Shown here: in pieces, positions 43,279 through 57,200 of the stretch
Position numbering within the stretch: the stretch's first letter is position 1
How the letters are laid out: every line of letters starts with the position of its first letter
DNA from: Piromyces finnis finn
Taxonomy: Eukaryota; Fungi; Neocallimastigomycota
Direction: 5' to 3'
Assembly: GCA_002104945.1 (NCBI GenBank)
Contig: MCFH01000098.1
Span: forward strand, 1-64,000
Length of the DNA: 64,000 nucleotides
The notes under the pieces: model-generated
What the model saw: only the letters and a program-made list of their open reading frames with translations
Databases searched by the model: none
Told to the model about the DNA's origin: nothing
Made by a program: the position numbers and the translations under genes

Positions 43279-45063
43279 TGCTGACTCAGAAAGAATAGAT
43301 TAGGATATCTATTCTATTACAATAACACTAAAGATTTAAATAAAATTATTTTATTAAAAAATATCTTTTATTATAATAGAAATTATATTAATAACAATTA
43401 CATCGATAAAATGATGAAAAATATCTTCTATTTATATTTTTCCTAAATACATTTATATTATATTATAACTATTTATTTCTTATATATTATTATTTAAAAT
43501 CTACACTAAAATCTTAATTATTAATAAATATTTAAACTATAACTATTTTTAGTAAAATACAATTGGCAATTCAAATTAAGTACTATTTAATTTGAATATG
43601 TGCCCATGTATTATTGATATATTAATCATTTATTATTTATCTATTTCTATAAAAAAACAATACTAAAACTAGGGATTTAAATTGAGAATATTAATTTACT
43701 TGTTAAACATTAAAAATAAATTAATAATTTATTTTGTTTTAAACTTTAATTATTAATAAATAAATTATGTCCCATTTTCTTTTTCTGTAATATAATTTGT
43801 GTAACTTAAACAATAATATTTATGGCTTAAGTTACATTAAAGATATCAATCTGTGGCGTTTGATATCTTTACATGCTGACTCAGAAAGAATAGATTAGGA
43901 TATCTATTCTATTACAATAACACTAAAGATTTAAATAAAATTATTTTATTAAAAAATATCTTTTATTATAATAGAAATTATATTAATAACAATTACATCG
44001 ATAAAATGATGAAAAATATCTTCTATTTATATTTTTCCTAAATACATTTATATTATATTATAACTATTTATTTCTTATATATTATTATTTAAAATCTACA
44101 CTAAAATCTTAATTATTAATAAATATTTAAACTATAACTATTTTTAGTAAAATACAATTGGCAATTCAAATTAAGTACTATTTAATTTGAATATGTGCCC
44201 ATGTATTATTGATATATTAATCATTTATTATTTATCTATTTCTATAAAAAAACAATACTAAAACTAGGGATTTAAATTGAGAATATTAATTTACTTGTTA
44301 AACATTAAAAATAAATTAATAATTTATTTTGTTTTAAACTTTAATTATTAATAAATAAATTATGTCCCATTTTCTTTTTCTGTAATATAATTTGTGTAAC
44401 TTAAACAATAATATTTATGGCTTAAGTTACATTAAAGATATCAATCTGTGGCGTTTGATATCTTTACATGCTGACTCAGAAAGAATAGATTAGGATATCT
44501 ATTCTATTACAATAACACTAAAGATTTAAATAAAATTATTTTATTAAAAAATATCTTTTATTATAATAGAAATTATATTAATAACAATTACATCGATAAA
44601 ATGATGAAAAATATCTTCTATTTATATTTTTCCTAAATACATTTATATTATATTATAACTATTTATTTCTTATATATTATTATTTAAAATCTACACTAAA
44701 ATCTTAATTATTAATAAATATTTAAACTATAACTATTTTTAGTAAAATACAATTGGCAATTCAAATTAAGTACTATTTAATTTGAATATGTGCCCATGTA
44801 TTATTGATATATTAATCATTTATTATTTATCTATTTCTATAAAAAAACAATACTAAAACTAGGGATTTAAATTGAGAATATTAATTTACTTGTTAAACAT
44901 TAAAAATAAATTAATAATTTATTTTGTTTTAAACTTTAATTATTAATAAATAAATTATGTCCCATTTTCTTTTTCTGTAATATAATTTGTGTAACTTAAA
45001 CAATAATATTTATGGCTTAAGTTACATTAAAGATATCAATCTGTGGCGTTTGATATCTTTACA
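43279..45063 (-). repeat. Tandem array of three 595-bp A-family LTR units following the A2 5' LTR
   Basis: Units end at 43873, 44468 and 45063; each begins tgctgactcagaaagaatag; the last is the 3' LTR of A3 (PPT 45064-45075). Confidence 0.95.
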
Positions 45064-45099
45064 ATCTCTCTCTATAAGTCGAGCTCCTGCGAGATTAAT

Positions 45100-46815
45100 T
45101 TATAAAGAATCCTTTCTCGAAGGAATTTCAATTACAAATGTTTGGTATTTATGCTTAATTAGATTATAAACTTTATTCTTTCTAATTTTCATGGAGAAAT
45201 CATTCGACTTATGTTTTGACTTTTTAGAGTTTCTTTCGAACTCTTGTATTAATTGTTTGTCTGGAATCTGATATTCTGAAACCCAAGTGGATTTGTCAAA
45301 TCCTTTCCACGATAATTTATAAAATGTTTCACCATTAACAGATTTCATCTTCTCAATTTTTTCTGGAATTTTTTCAATCAAATCTGTGTTAAGATGAATA
45401 TTTCTTTTCCTACTATTAGACCTATCTATAAACTCGTTTTCAAAGTATGGTTCTAACAATGAGACATGAAAGACTGGATGACATCTCATTGTCTTTGGGA
45501 GTTTCAATTTCAAAGCGAGAGAACTAACTTTTTCAATTATTTCAAATGGACCAAGCATTTGAGGTGCTAATTTCTTCTTCAAGTTAGTTCCCGGAGAATC
45601 TTTCAATAACCATACCTTCTTTCCCACTTCAAATTCCGGGGGACTCATTCTTTTCATATCGTCATATTTCTTATATGTTTCTTTTGCTTTTTCTAAGTTT
45701 TCTTTTAATAATTTAAAGTTTTTATTCATATCAATTACTCTTTGTTCAGCTCTACTAGGTCTATCATTAGCCGGGATTTCCAAGCTGAACTTTGGATGAA
45801 AACCATAATTAGCAAAGAATGGGGATTGATTTATAGATTGCTGTAAAGTGTTATTATATGCAAATTCAGCAAATGGAATAAGATCAACCCAGTTATTCTG
45901 CTTCTTATTGATAAAACAACGGAAATATTGTTCTAATATGCCGTTCACCCTCTCCGTTTGACCATCTGTCTGCGGATGGTTAGCAGTTGACAATGAATGA
46001 TTGATATTAAGAAGGTCACAAAGTCTTGACCAGAAATCAGAAGTAAATTGCGAGCCTCTATCAGAAATGATGGAATTAGGAAGACCATGCAAACGGAAGA
46101 CATTGGCAATAAAAGCATCAGCAGCAATTGAAGCAGTAGGAAGACAACGTAAAGGAATGGCGTGAGCAAATTTAGTAAATCTATCGACAACAACCATAAA
46201 GGTTGTCATATCTCTGGACTTAGGAAGATCAACAATAAAGTCGATAGAGATATCAGACCAAGGTCTACTAGGAGTGTCTAAAGGGGATAACAATCCATAA
46301 GGCTTATGTCTAGGGACTTTGGATTTGCAACAAGTCACGCAAGATTTAATAAAGGATTTAACATCTGAATGAAATCTTGGCCACCAAAAGTTTCTTGAAA
46401 TTAGTTCGACGGTTTTCTTAATGCCGAAATGGCCAGCAGCAACAGAATCATGATGGAGTTCCAAAACTCTAGTCCTAAGAGATTTAGGAACATAAATAAG
46501 ATTGCTAAATAACAAAAATCCTTCACCATCAATAATAACTTTATCAATATTTTTAATAGGTGCATTACTTGTAGAACCATTCATTTTAAATTGAACAATG
46601 GAATTGTACAAATCGTCATTTTTAAGTTCTGAAAAAATAGAATCTATTAAAGGTTTGTTATCGTTATGATGGAGTGAAATTGTAAGACAAGAAACATTAG
46701 AGTTAATATCATTCACTAAATGATCACTTCTACTAGACAGAATGTCAGGCTTACCAGATTTCTTTCCAGCTCTATAGATGAGTTTAAAGTCAAATCTGGA
46801 TAAGAACAAATTCCA
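45100..46815 (-). pseudogene. pol: A3: 5'-truncated pol (end of RNase H, integrase, chromo-like domain)
   Basis: Nearly identical to the A2 C-terminal part; homology stops at WNLFLSRF (46815). Confidence 0.93.
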
Positions 46816-48766
46816 AGTTGGTGGTATACTGTCACAACTTGGTGATGACAATGAACTACACCCTGTGTACTACTACTCTAAGAAGCTTACGAAAGCAGAG
46901 ATCAACTACTCTATCACGGAAAAGGAGTTGTTGGCTATTAGAAATGCTTTCATTGAGTGGCGACACCTACTAATGGGTGCGAAACACAAGGTCCTGGTTT
47001 ACAGCGACCACAGGAACCTCCTGTTCGCCACTAAACCTCAGTTGTTGACAGCAAGACAGGCAAGATGGAAAGACCTGTTCGCTGCGTACAACTTTGAAAT
47101 AATATATCGGCCAGGGAAAATGAATGGTAGAGCCGATATACTATCAAGAATGGTATCTCCAGAACAGGTACAACTGGAGATGGAAAAAGCTAATCTCCTC
47201 CGTCCAGAACAAGTAAAGGGATTTCCACCCATGGAAGAAGAGAGCTATGCGGTGTTAGAAGTAAGCTTTGTAGGGGAACTCAAACAAGCTTACAACACTG
47301 ATGAGCTAGCAAGGGAAATTAAAGAAGGCCTTAACGCAAATAGAGGCCACAAGCTTATCAAGAAGTGGTTTGAAATAAATGGGTTGATTGTAAGAAAGGA
47401 TGCTCCTGAACGCACATATGTGCCAAAGGCATTAAGGGATATAATCATTAAACTTAACCACGATAGCGAAACAGCAGGTCATCTGGGTAAGGATAAGACA
47501 TATGACCTTATAGCCAGAAATTACTACTGGCCTAAAATGAAGGATGACGTTGCGGGATATATCAAAGCTTGTACCATATGTTGTACTCAAAAGGACAACA
47601 GGCATAAGCCGTATGGTAGCGCTGCCAGAGTAAAAGTTGCAGACTTACCCTGGCAAGAAGTAGAAATTGACTTCCTGATGGACCTACCTATTAAGGAACG
47701 AAGAAAACCAGGTAGTGATCCTTCAAATCCCCCAGAAGTCACTAGAAGGGGTTGTATCATAGTTTGCAGTGATAAGTTAACCAAAATGATACACTTAGTG
47801 GGATTTAGGAGCATGCCTACTGCAAAAGAAACAGCCTTAGCATACTTACAACATGTATTCAAACTACATGGTTGTCCTAAATCAGTTACTACGGACCGTG
47901 GTGTTCATTTCACCAGTAAGTTGTGGAAAGACATTATGGGATTCTTTGGTGTAGAAGTAAACCTTGCTACTACTAGCCATCATGAAACGGTGGGTCAGGT
48001 GGAACGCAATAACTCCTACGTTAGTATGTACTTGAGGTGCTTTGTGAAGACTTTCGACGACGACGAATGGTTAAAGTATTTGTACTTAGCAGAGTTCTGC
48101 TACAATAATGCGGTACACAGCTCTACTAAGCAGTCTCCATTCCTATCCTTGTATAATTACCAAGTACATATGAATCCCCAAGACTCAGAGCTTGTCCATT
48201 CATTAGGTGAAGCTCCAATATTAGATAGCTTTGCACACAACTTAGGCATCTTAAAACACATGCTGGACATCTCAAGAACACGGTTCTTAGATCACCTTGA
48301 CCGCCGAAGAGAACTTAACTACCCAAAAATTAGGCTTATGGACCTTGTGTGGTTAAGAAAACCAGAAAATTACAACCCTCTTCCCTTCTACAAGCTACAA
48401 GCAAGAAAGTACGGTCCCTTCAAGGTTATTGGTATTGATGAAAACAAGCTTAACTACCGACTAGACATTAGTAAATCACCTTTCCCTAACGTCTATCCAG
48501 TGTTTCATATCAGTGAGTTAGAACCATACCACTATAAACCAGAAGAACTAACACCGGCACCAGAAGGTTACCAGAAAATCATTAAAATCCTTAGTGCCAG
48601 AAGAAAAAAGGATGTCTACCAGTACTTAGCTACCTTTAGTGAATTTAGACAAGAGTGGGTTAATGCCGATGTCATTGACAAGAATGCCCATTATGATAAA
48701 TTGTTAAAAGAATTCCAAGATAAATGTTACCAGGAATTCATGGTTAGTGTCCAAAACCCTGCCTAG
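46811..48766 (+). pseudogene. pol: J: 5'-truncated Gypsy pol (RNase H, integrase, diverged chromo-like end)
   Basis: FQVGGILSQ...TEKELLAI...SDHRNL, HDSETAGH...CTIC, TDRG/HHETVGQVER (G-like lineage), YGPF. Confidence 0.92.
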
Positions 48767-48787
48767 GTTTTCTCCTTAGGGGGGCAT

Positions 48788-49283
48788 TGTAAGAAATATT
48801 TGTGGCCATAAGTTTGCCCACAAATATTTCAATTGAAACCATATATTCTGGTTAACAATTATTGGCCAGAAATATGCATAACCATATATTAATGGTTATT
48901 AAATAAATAAAAAGTTTATTTACTTCACCCAATCAAGTGGTTTAGTAAATAAACTATTATAGTTAAATAGTATAGTATAAACTAACGTTAAATACTTTGG
49001 CGTTAGTATTAAAGTAAATTAATAACTATAGTAATAATCAATGTATATAATTATAAATAATTAATAAAAGATAATAATTATAAATAATTATTTAAATAGA
49101 AAATATTTCATATTAATATTTATTTGTTATATATTTATTCTTGTGTTATAATATTTATTTCAGTTCTTTTATTATTTTTTATAAAGCTTTATTTAGTTAT
49201 TAACTCGTGTAGAGAGGTAATAACTAACTTAATTAACTTTTGATATTTAACTTATTAACTAAAATATAATAAAACATTTTACA
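48788..49283 (+). repeat. J 3' LTR (right end tentative)
   Basis: PPT aggggggcat at 48778-48787 followed by TGTAAG; candidate end ...ttttaca at 49283. Confidence 0.65.
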
Positions 49284-49342
49284 CTATAATTAAAGATATA
49301 ATATAATAATCACTTTGAATTCAGCTACAATAATGCTGTTCA

Positions 49343-50360
49343 TGTCACGAATACTAGTGAAATTTTAAAACCAACAAATATTTTATATTCAAATAAATTA
49401 TAAAATTTTATTAAGAAATATTTAAAATTTTAGAAAAGGTTAAAATATGACCTTAACCCTTAATAATTTTTATAATAAATAACTTTAACCCTTATCGTTA
49501 AAATGGAATAAGGAAAACACGCGTATCTCCTCAACGAATGACGATTTTTGAATAATAATATTTTTTTCGAAACCATGTTCGTTAGAAAGCCACGCTCAAG
49601 ACAAACAACATATCTTCAAATCAGGTCAATATCTCTACTGGTTCACGAGATATTCCAATTTAAAAATATTTTGTTAGCAATGATTAATTGTTTATTCAGA
49701 GAATGATCACCCCTGATGTATCAAACATAAATCATTCACTCAAAATATAAAAATTATTGTTTAATTGAATTAAAATTATTTTCCGGAACTAATTAACTTT
49801 ATTTTATAATAATTATTTCAATAACATAATTTATAATCTTTGAACTAGAAGATTATAATTATTAATATTATATTCAATGAATTATATTATAATTAAGAAA
49901 TAATTAATATCATGAATATTATAAACAATAGTTATTTTTTAATAATTAGGAATAAGTCTTAAGTTTAGTTTAAGTATTATAAAATATATTATGAATATAA
50001 TCATGTATTGAAAAGTTATTTTATTATTAAATGTAAAATTACAAATAGTATAAATAGTTTAGAATAGTTATGAAATTAAAATCTTTGGAAAGATTATTGA
50101 CTAGAAATTATTAACTATTAATAATAATTAATACTTAATGAGTATTACTACTAAATAATCTTATTATTATATATTTTAGCAAAATACTATTTAAATAAAA
50201 TAAAAGAAATTATTTTAATCAAAATATATAATTTAATTATTCATTTATAAATCAATTAAGATTATTTTAATAAAACATTTTTATTAACCTAGTTATCTTT
50301 TAACCTTTTATTTAATTTAATATTTTAATAATAAATTATAAGTTTAGTAAAACTTTTACA
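49343..50360 (+). repeat. Solo LTR, Y family, with TSD
   Basis: TGTCACG...CTTTTACA; TSD GTTCA at 49338-49342 and 50361-50365. Confidence 0.95.
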
Positions 50361-50365
50361 GTTCA

Positions 50366-51925
50366 TGTGTAGATATTAACTGGATTTAAAACAAATTCAG
50401 ATAATATCTATAATTAATTAAACATAATAATTATAATTAAATAACTTCAATAATTATTTTAAAACACCTTTAAAATTCACCTTTTAAATTTTGATTCAGT
50501 GAAAGGGTTATGATTTCAAAAATTTAATATCAATACACTATAACCCTTAACCAAAAATAAGCAAGTACGAAATAAGGCGTAACTCGCCAAAAACGATTGC
50601 TACCGCCTTTAAATATAGTTTTGAAACTAGGTTTGTTAGAAAGCTTAGGAAGAAAGCTACAATTTGGTACAATCGCGGTCCTTCTAACTGATCATTTAAG
50701 GAAGTTATGATCATTTAAAGATTTTAATAGGTAAATTAAAATCAATATGATATCAAGTATGGATCATAAATATTTCTTATGACTTGAGGAAATAAAAAAT
50801 ATATCAATAGGAATTTTAGTTATATTAATTTAATTAATGATAACGACTGTTACTAAAAATAGAACTAGACCCATTTAGGTGTAACAGTTAACACCTATAA
50901 ATCAAATAATCTTAATTATTACAAAATATGTTAACGGCAAGTTTTATTAGAAATAATTTTTAAAATAATAATTATTTAATTATAACAAATATGTTATGTT
51001 AATATCAATTAATAATGATGAATTATTAATTGAATAGTTTTTATAATTACTAATTAGGATCAAATGTTTAAATGATTAATCATATGTTTATTTTATTTTA
51101 TGTCATGACAAACAAACAAACAAACAATCTTATTACTTATTTAATTATATTATTAATATATTACATGTAATACTTTATTCTTATTAATATCAATTTAATA
51201 ATCTGAACAAAGAATATAAAAGAGAATGAATTGAATTCGATTTTAATTCTTTGTAAAGACTATAGTTATAATCTTAATTATATAGTTATTAAATATATTA
51301 TCATTTATATTATTATTATTAAATAAATAAAAATTTATAAAAAGTTATTTTAAAAGTAAATATTAATTTTTCATTTGGAAGTTTAAAGTGTTATTTTATT
51401 ATCAAATTTAATTTCTTAAAAAAACATATTTACTATATAATTAATAACATTCTGACCTGGCCGCATAACCAAACCCAAAAAACTTAACAATAATCTTTAC
51501 CCGCTGTTTAGTGGCTACTTTAGAATGTTCACTCCGGTTCCTAATTTCCCAGACGAGGTAAATCAACTAAGAGAGGATGCTACTCAGACTGCCAAGGATA
51601 TCATTGAGGGTATCAATGAAAATTTGGTTTTCCGTGAAGATTTTCAAAATTTTTCCAATGATGTGAATAATCGTTTAAATGAAATCATGGGTGTATTAAC
51701 TAATATGAATAATAATCAAACTGATCAGAATGAAGATGAACAACCATTGTTACATACCAACTATGATAGGATAGCGACTCCAAGACCTACTGTCTTTAGA
51801 GATGATGAATCTATTTCAACAAGATTTGATTTGGATCATGATGTTATCATGAGAGGCCGTTTTGCTACTCCAATCACTCAAGTTCCAGATCCAGGTATGT
51901 TCTCCGGTAAGACTAGTGATACCGC
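50366..51925 (+). mobile_element. 5' remnant of X-family element (5' LTR, PBS, start of gag)
   Basis: LTR 50366-51489, PBS ATAATCTTTAC at 51490-51500, gag from 51525. Confidence 0.88.
51525..51925 (+). pseudogene. gag: Truncated gag, homologous to G gag
   Basis: DLDHDVIMRGRFATPITQVPDPGMFSG versus G DEDHDVIMRNRTYPIKQVPDPGFFTG; fused to the copia sequence. Confidence 0.85.
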
Positions 51926-53428
51926 TTCTCCATTTTCAATAAATTGCCTTGTTTGATTTGTTGTCTGTAAATATTGTAATAATTATTTTTTGGTTGAATA
52001 ATTATCTTATTAAGTTTCTTATCCATAAGGCCTTTTTTACACATTCTGAAGTGCTGATGTATTCTACTTCTTCAGTTGATGTAGCAAATATGGATTGTTT
52101 TTTTGAAAACCAGCAGATAGGATAGTTCCCCATGAGTCTTATATGACCAGATGTTGATTTTCTGTCTTTAGTGTCCCCCGCAAAATCTGCATCTGTATAG
52201 GCTGTAATAAAACCTTTTCCGTCGTATTTCAGTTTGTAATGGATGGTGTTGTGTAAATACTTAAGGATAATGAGAACACAGCGCCAATCTGATACAGTGG
52301 GATTTTCACAAGATCTAGCAGCTTTATGAACAACAAAAGAAATGTCCGGTCTGGTGCATTTTGCAAGGCAAATAAGAGAACCTAATGCACTTTTGTATGT
52401 TGTGGCGTCAAAATTTTCATAAAATATTTGTGGCTTGGTAATGCAACATGGGGTGTTATATCGATTAGTGTATTTTGTATTAATGATGCCGAAGTTTTGT
52501 AAAAGATTCTCAATAAAATTTCTTTGAGAAATAAAATAGTAGTTGGATTTTTCAACACTTATGCCTAATAAGTAATGAATTTTCCCATAATTTGAAATTT
52601 TAAATTTTTTTTATCCCTTTTATTATGATTCGATGATATTAATATTTCCACAAATGATCATATCATCAATATAAATACCAAGAATACATATTGTAGTGTT
52701 GTTCTGAGATTTCTTAAATATACACAGTTCTGATTTAAGTTGGTAGAAACCTGAGTTGGTGAGAAAATTTGAGATGGTAAGGTACCATTGTCTTCCGGAT
52801 TGTCGGAGACCGTATAAGGCTTTATTAAGTAACCAATATCCTTTATTGTAATTTTTATCTCCTGGGGGTATTGTAGCATAAATTTCTTTGTCAAGTTTAG
52901 CATTTAGGTAAGCTGCTTTAATGTCAAGTTGATAGATTTCCCATTTAAGTTTTACGGCAGTAGAAATAATAAATTTTAGTCTATCAGAATTTAATGTTGG
53001 TGAATAGGTTAAATCAAAGTCGGTCCCGTAGATTTGAGTGAAACCTCTGGCAACGAGTCTGGCTTTATATTTGGAGATATTATTATTTTCATCTCTCTTG
53101 ATGGTGAATACCCATTTTGTGGAAACTAATTTTCTTTCTTTGGGAATTTCTGGAACAAAAGTAATGATTTTATTAGAGTATAAATTGTTGAGTTTGTCAT
53201 TAATCGCTTTAATCCAGTATGATTTGTTGGAACATGTAGTGGCTTGTTTAAAATTAAATGGAATATCTGATACATACGTATACGTGGATTCTTCTAAGTT
53301 CAAGACCAGTTTTCTGTTATCATTTAACATTGATGAAGCGTATGGGTGTTTTTTAGAATTATTGATGTTTAACTGTTGTTTAAAATCTTCTTAGTCTGTT
53401 TCATTATCGTTATTGAAAGAATTGTATC
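51926..53428 (-). pseudogene. pol: Ty1/Copia RT and RNase H fragment
   Basis: KWVF...YKARLVARGFTQ, QLDIKAAYLN, LNKALYGLRQSGRQW, YIDDMII; downstream TRPDI and YTDADFAGD...RKSTSG; contains stop codons. Confidence 0.92.
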
Positions 53429-54274
53429 TGTAAAATATTCTAAAGTTCAGGTTTGTATACAACACTAAACTAACAATTAAACTAATTATTTTTAATAATA
53501 ATTTTTATTTATTTATTTATTTATTTTTAAAACTATACTAACTAAACAACCGTTGATTACTTTACCGTGAAGGATATTTTACCAGAGCCCTCACTAGGTA
53601 ATCAATTTATATTTATTTAAAACTAAAATTATTAATCTAAACTATAAACTAATTATAAACTAATGTTAATTTATCTAAACAAAATTAACCTATACGATTT
53701 TCCAACTATCGTTTCAATAGTTGAAAAATTTTCTTTATTTATACTTTTTAAATAAATTGAATAAATTCTAATATACATGTTTTAATATTATAATTTTACA
53801 TTGTTTATATTTATACATTTATTAAAAGAAATTATTTGTATTAAATTATTTAAATTCAATTTATTTACTAAAGAATTTTCTAAACTTAAAATAAAGTTTT
53901 GATTTTTTTACTATATGGTTGATTATATTTCAAACATATATTCAATTTATTTATTTCTAATTTTGAGGCTTAGTTTATAAAAAAAATTTTTTATTATCTA
54001 AATTATTTATTGGTTAAAATTTATTTAATTTAAAATTTTATTCTATCATCAAAAACTTTATCTTATCATAAAATTAAATTTACATAAATTTATGTTAATG
54101 TATTGTAATACATTATTTTATCGTAACTTTAGATTTCACATAGATTTATGTTAATGTATTGTGATATAAATTTTGTAAAGATTTACGGTACATTAATTCA
54201 ATACATTGTACATTATTTTAAATACGTATTAAATACATTATTCTATTAATACAATATTTTACATGCCCCTCTTC

Positions 54275-57200
54275 TTAAGTCGAGCCCCTGAGCGACTTAT
54301 ATTTAAGGTATTCCTGGATCAATTGAGGGTCATCGATTTCATCTTCTTTAAGCCATGTACTTTCTGAAGGTAATAAGTTTTTCCAAACCATAAAGTAGTA
54401 CTTAGTTCCATTAATAACTTTTTCACTAACTATCTTAAATGGAATTCTTCCTTCAGCAGAATCGGTAGCAATGTTTGGAATTCTAGAAGTTGATTCATTC
54501 ACTTCAACTTCTCTTTCAACATAAGGTTCTAAGTTCGAAATATGGAAAACGGGATGACATCTTAAACTTTCTGGTAGTTCCAATTTATAAGAAACGGGTC
54601 CTGTTTTTTCAATAATCTTAAATGGTCCAAGTTTCTTATTTGTTAATTTTGGAGGTCCTTTAGGAAGTAAGTCAGGACGCTTTAACCAAACTAAGTCACC
54701 AACCTTTAACTTAGGTCCAATAAGTCTAATACAATCGGCATACTTCTTATATCTTTTCTTGGCTTTTTCTAAGTTCTTCTTTAAAAATTTAATATTATCT
54801 TGCATCTGAGAGGCGTGCCTGTTAGCTCTTCTATTGTCGCTATCAGCAGGAATTTCGGTACTAAATCTTGGATTTTGCCCATAATTTGCAAAGAATGGTG
54901 TTTGATTTATGGATTGCTGAAGTGTATTATTATACGCAAATTCAGCATAAGGCAAAAGGTTCATCCAGTTATCTTTTCTTTTGTTAATATAACATCTAAG
55001 AAATTGTTCTAAAATACTATTTACACGTTCAGTCTGCCCGTCTGTTTGAGGATGATGAGCACTCGAGATATTGTGCTTTATGTTCAACAAAGTGCATAAT
55101 CTTTGCCAAAATTCTGAAGTAAACTGGGTTCCTCGATCCGATATTATTTCATCAGGTAGACCATGTAAACGAAAAACTTCTCTAAAGAAAACATCAGCAG
55201 CAATTTGAGCAGTAGGAATCATTCTAAACGGAATAAAGTGGGCCATCTTCGTTAATCTATCCACAACAACCATTATAACTGTTTTTTCCTTTGACTTTGG
55301 CAAATCAGTTATAAAATCCATAGAAACAGAAGACCACGGTCTTTCAGGAGTTGGTAGCGGCTGTAAAAGTCCATAAGGTCTATGACGATCAACCTTAGCA
55401 GCTCCACAAACTTTACAAGAAGCAATAAACTTAACTATATCTTGAGTCATGTTTATCCAAACAAAGTTTCTTGTAATTAATTCTTTTGTTTTAATAATAC
55501 CAAAATGACCATGAATTGGATTGTCATGATGCATTGAGATTATTATATCTCTCATTTTCTTTGGTACATAAATTAAACTTTTATACAAAAGAATTCCTTC
55601 TTCGCTTAACTTAAAATTCTTCATTAACTTCTTATACTTCTTACTTGCGGTAGATTTTCCTTGTAGAATATTTATTAACTCCTTAATCTCTTCATCTTCT
55701 TTAATTTCTTTAATTAAATCTTCTTTGAGATTCCCTTGAATAGACACAAGACATAAAGTATCTTCGATTTCTTTAACTGTCAAGCAAGAATAGGCTTCTT
55801 CGTCTTCTTTATTACTTTTATCTTCTTCATAATCAGGACGTCTTGAAAAAGCATCAGGTTTTCCACCTTCTTTACCCGGTCTATATTGTATTTTGAAATC
55901 ATAACGGGTCAAAAACAAATTCCAGCGAATTTGTCTTTGCGACAATAGTTCAGGCTTTCTAGGAAAGGTAAGATTTTTATGATCCGTATAGATCATAAAT
56001 TGATGCTTGGCTCCTTCTAAGTAGTGTCTCCATTGTTTCAAAGCTTCAATAACAGCCAAAAGTTCCTTATCATAAATAGGATAATTCTTTTCCGATTTAG
56101 TCAATCCCCTTGAATAATAACAAATTGGATGAAGCTCGTTATTATCCGGTAATCTTTGAGATAATACGGCACCGATTGCGAAATTACTTGCATCTGTCTC
56201 AACCACAAAAGGTAATTCAGGATCAGCATGAATTAAAATTGGTTCCTCGGTAAAGAATTTCTTTAATATACAAAAAGCTTCATTACATTCTTCTGGCCAA
56301 TGAAAATTGACATCTTTCTTAGTTAGATTATGTAACGGTTTAGCAATACTAGCAAAGTTTGGAATAAATCTTCTATAATAATTACATAATCCGATAAATG
56401 ATTGCACTTCTTTAACAGATGTTGGTACAGGCCATTCCATAATAGCTTTAACCTTCTTTGGATCCATAGAGATTCCTTTATCTGAGATAACATGCCCTAA
56501 GAAAGTAGTTTCTGAAGTTTCAAATTCACATTTGCTAAGTTTCGCATAAAGACCATTTTCTTTTAATCTTTGAAGAACTTTCTTTACATGCTTTCGGTGT
56601 TCTTCCAAGTTTTTCGAATAGATAAGAATATCATCAATATAAGAAAAAGCGAATTCATCCAAGTATTCCCCGAGAACATCATTGATAAAATGTTGGAAAG
56701 TTGCAGGAGCGTTTTTTAATCCAAACGGCATGACAAGATATTCAAAGTGACCAAATCTTGTCCTAAATGCAGTTTTATATTCATCACCTTCATTTATTCG
56801 AACTAGATTATAAGCAGACTTGAGATCAAGTTTAGTAAAAACTTTGGCTTCTCTTAATCTATCGAATAATTCAGATATGAGAGGTAGTGGATATGAATCC
56901 CTGATTGTGTTTTCATTGAGTCTTCGGTAATCAACACACAATCTTAAAGTTCCATCCTTTTTCCTAACAAATAGCACAGGTGCTCCAGCAGGTGAAGTAG
57001 ACGGTCTTATAAATCCTTTTTCTAGATTTTCAGAAATATACTCCTTTAACGTATTCCTTTCTTCTTCTGTTAGAGGGTATAAAGGACCATAAAATAAGTT
57101 ATCTTTATCTTTCAATCTTATTTTACAATCGTATATTCGATGTGGAGGTAGTTCATTACACTCAACTTCATCAAATACATTTTCAAATTCCTTATATACA

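Noticed and set aside
42678-45063. CRISPR-like or other spacer array
   Set aside because: Units are whole LTR copies with no unique spacers.
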